Assembly: GCA_038227875.1 (NCBI GenBank)
Contig: JBBRPR010000084.1
Coordinates: 1 to 32,630, forward strand
From: Planctomycetota bacterium
GTDB lineage: Bacteria > Planctomycetota > SZUA-567 > H5-PLA8
DNA length: 32,630 nt
Reading direction: 5' to 3'
Made by a program: the position numbers and the translations under genes. Positions within the stretch are counted from its first letter, which is position 1; each line of letters begins with the position of its first letter. Positions 17,865 through 26,790 of the stretch are shown in pieces. A model generated the notes under the pieces. The model saw only the letters and a list, made by a program, of their open reading frames with translations. It was not told the DNA's origin and made no database searches.

Positions 17865-19523
17865 ATGCAGACCTCTGATTCCGACTTCCAGGCGTGGCTG
17901 GCCAAACATCACGGCACGAAACCCGGTTACCGGCCGGAGATCGGCCCGCTTCCTGTCAAGACACTCTCCGAAATTCCGCTTCAGGCGCTTTATGGTCCCG
18001 GCGACGTGGATTCCGCGGCGCTGGAGACTGAAGCGTTCCCCGGCGCCAGTCCTTTTACGCGCGGAATCCATCCGGGAATGTACCGGCAGCGGCTCTGGAC
18101 TTTCCGGCAGTACTCCGGTTTCTCCTCGGCGGCGGAGACCAACGCGCGCTGGAAGCAATTGCTTCAGAACGGTGTCTCGGGACTCTCCACGGCCTTCGAT
18201 CTGCCCACACAGTTGGGGCTCGATCCGGATGACCCGCGCGCCAAAGGCGAAGTCGGGCGCGTCGGCGTGCCGCTGCCCACCGTCGACGACATGCATCGCC
18301 TCTTCGAAGGCATCGACGTCGGCTCTGTCAGCGTCTCGATGACCATCAACGCGCCGGCCACGGTACTGCTCGCGTTTCTGCAAGTCGTGGCTGAAGAGCG
18401 CGGCGTCCAGCCCTCGCAGTTGCGCGGCACGGTGCAGAATGATGTGCTCAAGGAGTACGCCGCGCGCAACAACTACATTTACCCGCCCGGTCCCAGCATG
18501 GAGCTGACCGTCGACGTGATCGAGCACTGCCACCGCGTGCTGACGAACTTCTATCCGATCTCCGTGAGCGGTTATCACGTCCGCGAGGCCGGCTGCACCG
18601 CGCCGCAGGAGATCGCCTTCACGCTGGCCAACGGCCTGGCTTATTTGCAGGCGGCCGTCAACCGCGGCTTGAACGCCGCGGAGATCGGCGAACAGCTCTC
18701 GTTCTTTTTTGCGTCGACCACGGAGCTGCTCGAAGAGGTCGCCAAATTCCGCGCCGCGCGCCGGCTCTGGGCGCGCTTGCTCGAACAGCGCTTCGGCATC
18801 ACCGAGTCCAAAGCGCGCCAGTTGCGCTTCCATGTTCAGACGGCCGGCAGCCTGCTCACCAGCCAGCAGCCGGAGAACAACCTCGTCCGCATCGCCATTC
18901 AGGCGCTCGCGGCGGTGCTCGGCGGCTGCCAGTCGCTGCACACCAATGCCTACGACGAAGCGATCGGCCTGCCGGGTGCCGTTTCCGCGCGGCTGGCCGT
19001 GGCCACGCAGCAGCTGCTCGCATTTGAATCCGGCGTTGCCAACACCGTCGATCCGCTCGGTGGCAGTTTCTGCGTCGAAGCGCTCACCGACCGGATGGAA
19101 CGCGAAGCGCTCGCGATCATCACCGAGATCGATGCTCTGGGCGGAGCCAGCGCCGCCGTCGAGGCGGGATTCTACCAGCGCAAGATTGCCGATGCCGCTT
19201 TCCGCTACCAGCGGGACGTCGAATCCGGCGACCGCAAGGTGGTCGGCGTAAACATCTTCAACGAAGACACGGCGCCGGCGCAGAGCTCGATCGAGTCCCT
19301 GCGACCAGAAATGGAAGCCGAGGCGCGCGCCTTGTTGGCCAAAGTGAAAGCCACGCGCGACGCGGCCGCCGCGCAGAAGGCGCTTGGCGACGTGGAGAGC
19401 GCTGCCCGCGCGGGGATTAACCGCATGCCCGCGATTCTCAACGCGGCCCGAGCGCGCTGCACCGTCGGCGAGATCTGCGGCGTTCTGGCCAAGATTTACG
19501 GCACGTACAAAGCGAACAGCTAA
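17865..19523 (+). CDS. Methylmalonyl-CoA mutase, large substrate-binding subunit (split type, no B12-binding domain)
   Basis: PFTRGIHPGMY..WTFRQYSGF, GLSTAFDLPT, SMTINA, GTVQNDVLKEY, SGYHVREAG, SLHTNAYDEA, DPLGGS. Tyr in RQY favours methylmalonyl-CoA over isobutyryl-CoA mutase. Confidence 0.93.
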   Translation: MQTSDSDFQAWLAKHHGTKPGYRPEIGPLPVKTLSEIPLQALYGPGDVDSAALETEAFPGASPFTRGIHPGMYRQRLWTFRQYSGFSSAAETNARWKQLLQNGVSGLSTAFDLPTQLGLDPDDPRAKGEVGRVGVPLPTVDDMHRLFEGIDVGSVSVSMTINAPATVLLAFLQVVAEERGVQPSQLRGTVQNDVLKEYAARNNYIYPPGPSMELTVDVIEHCHRVLTNFYPISVSGYHVREAGCTAPQEIAFTLANGLAYLQAAVNRGLNAAEIGEQLSFFFASTTELLEEVAKFRAARRLWARLLEQRFGITESKARQLRFHVQTAGSLLTSQQPENNLVRIAIQALAAVLGGCQSLHTNAYDEAIGLPGAVSARLAVATQQLLAFESGVANTVDPLGGSFCVEALTDRMEREALAIITEIDALGGASAAVEAGFYQRKIADAAFRYQRDVESGDRKVVGVNIFNEDTAPAQSSIESLRPEMEAEARALLAKVKATRDAAAAQKALGDVESAARAGINRMPAILNAARARCTVGEICGVLAKIYGTYKANS

Positions 19524-19559
19524 CGCTGACAGGTAACATTTTGGCCATTTGCACGGGGT

Positions 19560-19746
19560 GAGGTACCACACCGGCTTCATAGGTAAATGTGGCGAAATGT
19601 TACAAAATGTTACATGAAACGGGCCGCTAGCAATTTTCCGTACAACAATGCTGTTGTACGGGAACTTGGTCACCACAACCCAACCTTCACGCTGGGGTGT
19701 GTGGGAGCAAATACTATTCAATTGCCAGAGAACAATGGTACCTCGT
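19560..19746 (-). ncRNA. Candidate 6S-like structured RNA (~185 nt rod with central bubble)
   Basis: Own sigma70 promoter; 9-bp closing stem GAGGUACCA/UGGUACCUC; centred apical hairpin; further helices rich in G-U pairs that form only on the minus strand; folded by hand. Confidence 0.55.
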
Positions 19747-19752
19747 CTATTT

Positions 19753-19781
19753 ACTATAGACCGTATAATGGGTAAAGTCAA
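19753..19781 (-). promoter_or_regulatory. Sigma70-type promoter TTGACT-17-TATAGT
   Basis: Minus-strand -35 at 19781-19776 and -10 at 19758-19753, both 5/6 to consensus; predicted +1 near 19746. Confidence 0.65.
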
Positions 19782-19800
19782 GCTCTATTTTGTTTAAATT

Positions 19801-20031
19801 TTAGGTATGGCTGTCTGCGGCGTTATAGTTCTCGGTGTAATCGACATCGTCGGAGCTGCGTTTTACGACCAGGGTGAAACCCTTGTCCAAGGCCAAGCTG
19901 CGACCCGCGGCAATGGCGTCTTCACGATCGGTGAAGTGGCCGAAACACTCTGCCAGCTCAGAGCTGTGAACGGCCCATTTTCCATTGGCTTCCGGTTCGA
20001 CATAAATAGTTCTGACCGCGGTTGAGTTCAT
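19801..20031 (-). CDS. DUF2188-like small protein
   Basis: 76 aa from ATG 20031 with GGAGG RBS; pattern IYVEPEANGKWAV..HFTDREDAIAAGRSLA..LVVKR. Confidence 0.72.
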   Translation of the reverse strand: MNSTAVRTIYVEPEANGKWAVHSSELAECFGHFTDREDAIAAGRSLALDKGFTLVVKRSSDDVDYTENYNAADSHT

Positions 20032-20182
20032 CGCTAAATCCTCCCTGTAGCGCCCACACGTGAAGAGGCAGGAATTGTGCCAATGTGAGCAAGAAGTGGA
20101 GCATGCGACTCGCAATGATCGGGCTGACATTCATGGCCCATGACGTGCGGTTTATCTGAGACAGAACTTCGGAGACCTTGCC

Positions 20183-20554
20183 ATGAGCAACGGGACCGTC
20201 CTGGTTGTGGATGACGACGACGATGTGCGGCTGTACTTGCGGGCCTTTCTTAAGCGTCATGGCTATACGGTGATCAGCGCCATTGACCGTCAGGAGGCTC
20301 TGGACGAGTTTGCGGAGACGGAGATCGATGTGGTCCTGCTGGACTACATGATGCCCGGACCTAACGTGATTAAATTCCTTGATATTGTGGGTTTTACATC
20401 GCCCCAGACGCGCGTGATCTTGATGACCGCCGCGTACCGCGCGGAAACTCTGGCGCGCACGCTGGGGATCAAGACCTATTTGCCTAAGCCCTTTGACGAA
20501 CGAAAAATTCTTGAGGCAGTGGCGCCCGAACAACTCGACCCGCTGCCGGTCTGA
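20183..20554 (+). CDS. Single-domain response regulator (CheY-like)
   Basis: VLVVDDDD, VLLDYMMP, ILMTA, YLPKPF; GGAGA RBS. Confidence 0.92.
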   Translation: MSNGTVLVVDDDDDVRLYLRAFLKRHGYTVISAIDRQEALDEFAETEIDVVLLDYMMPGPNVIKFLDIVGFTSPQTRVILMTAAYRAETLARTLGIKTYLPKPFDERKILEAVAPEQLDPLPV

Positions 20555-20615
20555 ATCAGGCCGGGCTCACCGAAAATCAAACAGGCTCGTCACCGATTTT
20601 TAGACAACTTCGATT

Positions 20616-20657
20616 CCGACCCTGGGGGCCGCGGGTTCAGTTCACGCGGCGGGTCGG
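20616..20657. terminator. GC-rich hairpin between convergent genes (possible terminator)
   Basis: CCGACCC/GGGTCGG plus GCCGCG/CGCGGC stems; no clear U-tract. Confidence 0.35.
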
Positions 20658-20692
20658 CTCCGGCTCAACAGCCATCCTAAATCCGCGCTGCT

Positions 20693-22165
20693 TTATCCAG
20701 CCACGCACATGCCGGAATCGCCCTGGTGCTTGCCGGCGTGCTTGAACTTCGAGCGGCTGGGGACGCGCTTGAGGCGCAGCAGCTGGGTTTCGAGCATCTT
20801 TTTCTGCCGGTTCATCGAGCGGAGTTGGGTCAGCAGCGTCAGGCGCACGACCAGTTCCTGCATGTTCAGCGGCTTACACAGGTAGTCGGTGATGCCCTTG
20901 CGGAAGGCCACGTCGATCACGGCCTTGTCGTCTTCTCCGGAGAGAATGATGATGCCGATGTCTTCGAAGCCTTCGATGCTGCGGACACGCTGCGCCAATT
21001 CGATGCCGCCCATCTGAGGCATGTTCAGGTCGATGACCATGACGTCGGGCTTGATCGTCGCGATCTTCTTGAGGACTTCGCGCGGATCGCTGATGCAGAC
21101 CGGGGAGAAGTTTTCCGATTCCAGCGTGTCGCGTTCCATCTCCAGGATCATCAAGTCGTCGTCGACGCAGAGCACCACCGGCTGGGTGCGCGCTTCGGCG
21201 TGATTGGAACCTGAATTCCGGCGGCCGGAGACAGCGGCGAGAATCGGTTCCAGCGCCTGTGCGACTTCGTTGCCATCCTTGAAGCGGTCGGCCGGGTAGC
21301 GTTCCAGGCAGCGGCTGAGGAACTGGACGACGTCGGCGTTGAGATCGCACTGCAGATCGCGCGGATCGATCGGCGTTTCGTGGAGCTGGCGCGCGTAGTA
21401 GGAGTCATCGAACGGAGCGCCATGGGGCAGGGTGCCGGTCAGCAGTTCGTACATCGTCGCGCCCAGGCCGTAGACGTCGGCGGCCGGGGTGACTTCTTCG
21501 CCGTCGGCGACTTCCGGGCTGATGAAACCGATCGTGCCGGCCATGCTGGTGTGGCGCACGCGCGGCTCACCGGGGTCGCGGCGGAAGGTGCCGGCCAGAC
21601 CCAGGTCGGCGAGTTTGACTTCGCCGTCGCGGGAGCGGATGAGGATGTTATCGGATTTGACGTCGCGGTGGACGATGTCCTTGTCGTGCGCCGCGCCCAA
21701 TGCGCGCGCGATCTTCAGGCCGATCTCCAGCGCCGAAACTTCCATCAGCGGTTTGAAGCTCTTCTTCAACTGACGTTCGAGGAGCTGATAGGCGGAGCAA
21801 CCTTCAACGTACTCCATGACCATGAAGTGCAGCCCACTTGAGCGTTCGACGTTGATGTCGTACATGCGCACCAGATTGGGATGGTCCAGGCTGACGGTGA
21901 GCCGTGCTTCGCGCAGGAACATGGGCAGATCCGATTCGCAGCCGCGCTTGAGGATTTTGACGGCGACAGGAATATTCAGGCGGGTATGCCATCCCTTATA
22001 GACGGTGCCCATACCTCCTTCGGCGATAACCGACTTAAGCAGCACGCCACCGAGCATCACACCCTCAGACTGTTGCTTTCGCAGCCCGGCCAGAAGCGGA
22101 TCGTTGTCCAGTTCCTCGGACACCTTGAGGTTGTTATCGGACACGCTGGATGAACTTTCGGACAT
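20693..22165 (-). CDS. Hanks-type Ser/Thr kinase fused to a C-terminal receiver domain
   Basis: Kinase: EGGMGTVY, VAVK, HRDVKSDN, DLGLA, SPE, DVYGLG. Receiver: CVDDD, IDLNMP, LSG, CKP. No TM helix. Confidence 0.92.
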   Translation of the reverse strand: MSESSSSVSDNNLKVSEELDNDPLLAGLRKQQSEGVMLGGVLLKSVIAEGGMGTVYKGWHTRLNIPVAVKILKRGCESDLPMFLREARLTVSLDHPNLVRMYDINVERSSGLHFMVMEYVEGCSAYQLLERQLKKSFKPLMEVSALEIGLKIARALGAAHDKDIVHRDVKSDNILIRSRDGEVKLADLGLAGTFRRDPGEPRVRHTSMAGTIGFISPEVADGEEVTPAADVYGLGATMYELLTGTLPHGAPFDDSYYARQLHETPIDPRDLQCDLNADVVQFLSRCLERYPADRFKDGNEVAQALEPILAAVSGRRNSGSNHAEARTQPVVLCVDDDLMILEMERDTLESENFSPVCISDPREVLKKIATIKPDVMVIDLNMPQMGGIELAQRVRSIEGFEDIGIIILSGEDDKAVIDVAFRKGITDYLCKPLNMQELVVRLTLLTQLRSMNRQKKMLETQLLRLKRVPSRSKFKHAGKHQGDSGMCVAG

Positions 22166-22486
22166 GATCTGCTCCCTTCAACTACCGCGTACTAGAATTC
22201 GGACAACTCCCGTCCCAGACGATAGTAGTAGATCAATTGAGGGGCCAATCGACACGGGCTTGCACATGGGGCAGTTTAAGAAATTGCGAATGATTGTAGG
22301 TTTAAGCAGGTTGCTGACCGCAGAGTCAACGTTCCAAGTCGTGATGAGATAAGAAGAAGTGCGGCAAATAACGATTACATAATGGCGGCTAATTCTTCAG
22401 TTGCACCAGTTCAACATTATAATCGGTGAAAAGTTTAATTCAGACGCTTAATTCTTCGTCACTTCGACCGAGACCGACGCAGGCGT

Positions 22487-23242
22487 TTAACGCATTTTCG
22501 GTGGGTCGGTCATACGATTGAGCTTAAAATCATCACGCCCAACCAGTTGAATCGCTTTATGGCCAGCAAAAATCTGGTCGTGATCGATTTTCACGCACGG
22601 CACAGTCACCCGGACGGCTAGACCCATGCGGCGCTGGTCGGAGGTGTTGGCGTTCGAGTGGTGCAGAGTGCATTCGTTGAAAAGGAAAAATTCGCCCGGC
22701 TTCAACGGCATGTCCAGACACAGTGTCTGATCCACGTACGCCGGATCGGTCATTTTGTCGAAGGCCATTCCCGGCAGCGCTTTCACCATCGGCAATTGCG
22801 TTTTGTGCGAACCCGGAATCAGTTGCACACAGGAATTGCGCGGGGTGGCTTCGTCGATTGCCAGCCAGGCGGAGACGTTGATCGCCGGGTCGATGGGCCA
22901 GAACCCGAAGTCCTGATGCCACGGAATTTCAAGCCCGCCGGGTTCCTTGGTGAAGAAGTTGGACCGCCAGAGCACCAGGTCGGGCCCGAGGATCGCCGTC
23001 ATGCGATCCACAATCGCCGGATGGCTGCACAAATCGTAGACGATGCGGGAATCCAGATGGCGCGATTGCTCGCGAATATTATGCGGGGGATGGGTCGCGA
23101 GAACGTCGCGAACAATGCGTTCTCGCCATTCGCTCATCTCGTCCGGGCTGCAAAGCGCGAACGGCCCGACGTAGCCGTTGGCGTTGAAGAACTCCACATC
23201 GGAAGTGCTCAAGGTCGTCGAAATGCCAGCGCCACTGCTCAT
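22487..23242 (-). CDS. Phytanoyl-CoA dioxygenase (PhyH) family Fe(II)/2OG oxygenase
   Basis: FFNANGYV, PWHQD, WLAID, IPGSH, LHHSNANTSDQRR. Confidence 0.92.
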   Translation of the reverse strand: MSSGAGISTTLSTSDVEFFNANGYVGPFALCSPDEMSEWRERIVRDVLATHPPHNIREQSRHLDSRIVYDLCSHPAIVDRMTAILGPDLVLWRSNFFTKEPGGLEIPWHQDFGFWPIDPAINVSAWLAIDEATPRNSCVQLIPGSHKTQLPMVKALPGMAFDKMTDPAYVDQTLCLDMPLKPGEFFLFNECTLHHSNANTSDQRRMGLAVRVTVPCVKIDHDQIFAGHKAIQLVGRDDFKLNRMTDPPKMR

Positions 23243-23340
23243 GCTCTTTTCTCCTGAAGTAGTCGAACCGTGTGTATCGCCGACAAACTATGCACCGCGG
23301 ACTTGCGAACGCCACGATTTGAGTTTTAATACTATCACTA

Positions 23341-24138
23341 ATGATAGTTAAGCCGTCCCAACCCCATCCGCATGCCGTACCCGCGCTGACGCGGGGACTG
23401 GAGCTTTTGAAGTTGCTCTCGGGATCCGCGCCGCCCGGTCCCACCGCGGCGGAATTGCAGCGGCGTTCGGGCATTCCGCCCGCCTCGTTTTTTCGTATTC
23501 TGCGCGTACTGCAGGACGCCCGCTTGATTGCGCAGGAGCCGCGCAGCGGCTGCTACCAGCTGGGCGCGGGCGCGATGTTGCTGGGATTCACAGCGCGCGC
23601 CCATTCGCCGCTGGTGCTTGCGGCGCAGCCGATTCTGCGCGATCTGTCGGCGGCCACACACCAGATGGCCGAACTGGCTGTCGCGACGGGCAACTGGACG
23701 CTGATGATCCTGGAGACGTGGCTGGCTGAACGCAGTTCACTGAACATCCGCGCACGTCCCGGCCTATTTTTCCCGCTCAACCATTTGCATGCCCCGGGGC
23801 TCTGCTACCTGTCCTTCGATCAGGATTTTGGACTCACGCGCTACCAACGCACCGCCGCGCGAGCCGGCGGCGTGGCGCAACTGGGGTTGACTCAACCGAT
23901 TGCCGCGTCACTTCCCGGCGAATGCGAACGCTGGAGGCGGCTGGGGTATTGCTATCGGCCGCAACCCGCCAACGCCACGGCGCGCGTCACGGCGCCGATC
24001 TACAGCACGTTGCACCCGGGCGAAGTAGTGGGCGCGCTGAGTATCGTCTGCGCCCGCGCGGAGCTGACGCCGGTACGCATCGTGGAGTGGGGGAGGGTGC
24101 TGAAAGTCGGCGCCGAACGGATCGTCTTGAACGCATAG
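23341..24138 (+). CDS. IclR-family transcriptional regulator
   Basis: VPALTRGLELL, HTH GIPPASFFRILRVL, YQLG, C-terminal TAPIY..VVGALSI. Confidence 0.85.
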   Translation: MIVKPSQPHPHAVPALTRGLELLKLLSGSAPPGPTAAELQRRSGIPPASFFRILRVLQDARLIAQEPRSGCYQLGAGAMLLGFTARAHSPLVLAAQPILRDLSAATHQMAELAVATGNWTLMILETWLAERSSLNIRARPGLFFPLNHLHAPGLCYLSFDQDFGLTRYQRTAARAGGVAQLGLTQPIAASLPGECERWRRLGYCYRPQPANATARVTAPIYSTLHPGEVVGALSIVCARAELTPVRIVEWGRVLKVGAERIVLNA

Positions 24139-24197
24139 CGCCAGTTCCGGGTTATTCACCCGCGGCGCCAGTCCACCTAAACATAATTATGGGTGGC

Positions 24198-26618
24198 TTA
24201 AAATTCGTCTCGTGGCGGAACTGTGGGTTGCTTTACTGTCTTTGGCCCATCGCTCCTTTTATTGTATTCGGCCAAGGCCGCTTGGACGCGAGGATCGCGT
24301 ACGCCGTCTAAAGAGTCAGCCGCAGCTTCACGGACGTGCGCGTCCTCGTCGTGCAAGAGCGGCAGGAGTGCTTCGACGGCCTCTGGGAAAAAGCGAACGG
24401 AGAATGCAGTACTACTTCGGACATGCGGATTCGCATCCTTTAGTAGCGCCAAGAGCGGCTGAACAATGCGCGGATACCCCATATCGCAGATCGCATCAGT
24501 CGTTTGGGCGCGCACGTCAGGATCCGGGTCTTTCAAGAGCGCAAGCAGCGGTTCAACAGCGCGCGCGTCTCGCGTCTCGCCCAATGCGAAGGCCGCGTGG
24601 GACCGGACTTCGGGAATCTCATCATTTAAGAGTGCAAGGAGCGGCGCGACGACACGAGGATCTCTTGTATGGCCCAGAGCATCGGCCGCGTTCCTTCGCA
24701 CCATGGCATCGGTATCGCTTAAAAGCGCAATGAGGGGTAAAACGGTTCGGGGGTCACGCACACGCGTTAACGTGGATACTGCGGTATATCGAACGCTGAC
24801 ATCCTTATCTTTCAAAGCGGTGATGATCGGCTGCGTTAACAGTAAGCCCAGGCTCTCACCGCCCCCCATCAATACATGTTTCAGGAAATCGGCATCCTTT
24901 GATGCTGCGACTAATTTTTCCTTTGCACGCGGATCGTGGGTCCGACTCAAAGCGTACACTGCGTTTTCTTGAACCTTGGGGTCGGCATCGTTCAGTAGCA
25001 CGAACAGGGCATCCGTGGCACGCGGGTCGCGAATTGTATCTAGAGCAGTTGCCACAGAGGATCGAACTGTGGCATCTGTATCCTTCGACAGAGCGAGCAG
25101 GACATCCATGGCGCGAGGGTCGCGATTCTCGCTCAGCCCCGTTACCGCCGACGCGCGAAGCCTGGGGGTGGGACTCTTCGCCATCGAAAGGAGTGCGTCG
25201 GTAACGTGTGGAGTGCGGTTGTGGCCCACGGTCTCAGCCGCTGTGTGTCGCACTTCCGGATCGGCATCGTCACAGGCGGAGAGAAGGGCGGCGATTGCGC
25301 GCGGATCAGGGTTCTGATCGAGTGCGGACGTCGCGCTCGATCGCACTATTGCCACATCATCTTTGACCAATAAGAGGAGCAGATCCGTGGCGCGCGGATC
25401 GCGGCTGTTGCCCAGGATGGTGCCCATGGTGGATCTGAAATTCTCGTTGGGATTTTTGATCAGAGTTCTGGCCGCCTCCAAGATGCGCGGTTCGTTGATC
25501 TGGCATAAGGGGAGCATTGCGCCGTAGCGCACCTCCTCGACGGGATCATTCAGCAGCGGAAGGAGTATTGCGAGTATACGCGGGTCGCGGGTGCGGCCCA
25601 ACGCGGCGGTCGCAGCCGCTCGTAACTTCGCATCCGTATGCCCCAGTAGCTTCAGAATTTCGTCCAGTACGCGGGGATCGTAGGAGGGATTAATGCCCAA
25701 CGCGAATTCTGCAAAAGATTGCAGTTCCCAGTCGCTGGATTTCAATTGCGCGATGAGTTGACTGGTGGCAACAGGCTCGCGCGTCCCCGCTAGAAGTAAC
25801 GCGAACTCCGTCGTGCGGATCATCACATTCCGTTGCGCGTCGACCACTTTTTTCAGAGCCGCTGCGAGCGACCGCGTATCCGGACCATAATGAATCGTTA
25901 AAAAATGGCTGTCGCCAAGTTCAAAAATGGCCTTGTTGGAAACGGCCTCGTCGGGATCTTCGACGGCTCGAAACAACAGTGGATAGATGCGCTTGTCGCC
26001 CAGCTGCGCCAAATCGTAGACGGCTTCGCACCGCGTTTCGACGTCGCCGTTCTTTAGATTTTTTTCCAGGTCAGCCAGCACTGCATCGTCTGCTTTGCCC
26101 CAGAAAACAATTTCGTCGTCATGGTATTCCAATTCAAACTTGCCGTCGGCGGCCAGCTTTTCCAGGACCTGCCTGACCGAAGTCTGCTTCCCCTCCAACG
26201 TAAACTGGAGCGCGTTCTCAAGTGATTTCGGCAAGGCGCAGCGAAGCCCCACGCGCTTTTGCAGATCGCCGAGCACCTCTGAAAGCGTGTCGCGGCGAAA
26301 ATCGATGTCGATCTTCGTGGCGAGAATTTCCGCGAGCGACGTATCGCTGGTTTGCGAAGCGGCAGCCGTAGTGGGCGGAACTACCGTGATCACCGGCGGA
26401 CCACCAGCATCCTCCTTCGTCTCGTTTCCATGCCGAAAATGGATCGTGGCCAGAACTGCGGCGACACCCGTCAGTAAAATAGCGGCCGCAATGCCGACTT
26501 TCGCTTCGACGCAACCCTCGCGACAATAGCGACGCAGAAGCAACGCGTCGTCCTCATCCTGTAAAAGTGGAGGTCGGCGTGATGGCGTAGTTTGAGTCGT
26601 CCGCTCCATGCTGAGCAT
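24198..26618 (-). CDS. Membrane-anchored STN-like + HEAT (PBS lyase) repeat protein with ECF-sigma N-terminal remnant
   Basis: GGAGA RBS before MLSM; TM helix; STN-like domain (KIDIDFRRDTLSEVL); many ~31-aa repeats of type D.VR..AA.ALG..RDPRA...LL.LL. Confidence 0.85.
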   Translation of the reverse strand: MLSMERTTQTTPSRRPPLLQDEDDALLLRRYCREGCVEAKVGIAAAILLTGVAAVLATIHFRHGNETKEDAGGPPVITVVPPTTAAASQTSDTSLAEILATKIDIDFRRDTLSEVLGDLQKRVGLRCALPKSLENALQFTLEGKQTSVRQVLEKLAADGKFELEYHDDEIVFWGKADDAVLADLEKNLKNGDVETRCEAVYDLAQLGDKRIYPLLFRAVEDPDEAVSNKAIFELGDSHFLTIHYGPDTRSLAAALKKVVDAQRNVMIRTTEFALLLAGTREPVATSQLIAQLKSSDWELQSFAEFALGINPSYDPRVLDEILKLLGHTDAKLRAAATAALGRTRDPRILAILLPLLNDPVEEVRYGAMLPLCQINEPRILEAARTLIKNPNENFRSTMGTILGNSRDPRATDLLLLLVKDDVAIVRSSATSALDQNPDPRAIAALLSACDDADPEVRHTAAETVGHNRTPHVTDALLSMAKSPTPRLRASAVTGLSENRDPRAMDVLLALSKDTDATVRSSVATALDTIRDPRATDALFVLLNDADPKVQENAVYALSRTHDPRAKEKLVAASKDADFLKHVLMGGGESLGLLLTQPIITALKDKDVSVRYTAVSTLTRVRDPRTVLPLIALLSDTDAMVRRNAADALGHTRDPRVVAPLLALLNDEIPEVRSHAAFALGETRDARAVEPLLALLKDPDPDVRAQTTDAICDMGYPRIVQPLLALLKDANPHVRSSTAFSVRFFPEAVEALLPLLHDEDAHVREAAADSLDGVRDPRVQAALAEYNKRSDGPKTVKQPTVPPRDEF

Positions 26619-26790
26619 TTTTCGGGTCTCCGCGTTACCTGGCATAGTGGATACAGAAGGGACGACCGATTGGACAAAAAACCGGTGCTATTTTTCAAGC
26701 GTCGCGAATTGAGCGGCGCGCTACCGTTGGATAGCGTGTAAGAGATGTTGCGGAACGGCCTTAACGCGAACCATTAGCGAAACAGTCGAT

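Noticed and set aside
17856..19781. 641-aa minus-strand ORF
   Set aside because: Antisense shadow of the mutase.
19524..19800. Cobalamin riboswitch, retron ncRNA, dif site or 62-aa ORF as explanations of this gap
   Set aside because: Lies downstream of the mutase and lacks B12-box motifs; no reverse transcriptase nearby; no XerD arm after CGTATAATG; the ORF has no RBS or motif.
24198..26050. ~93-bp periodic repeats
   Set aside because: Degenerate coding HEAT repeats; no constant repeat with unique spacers.
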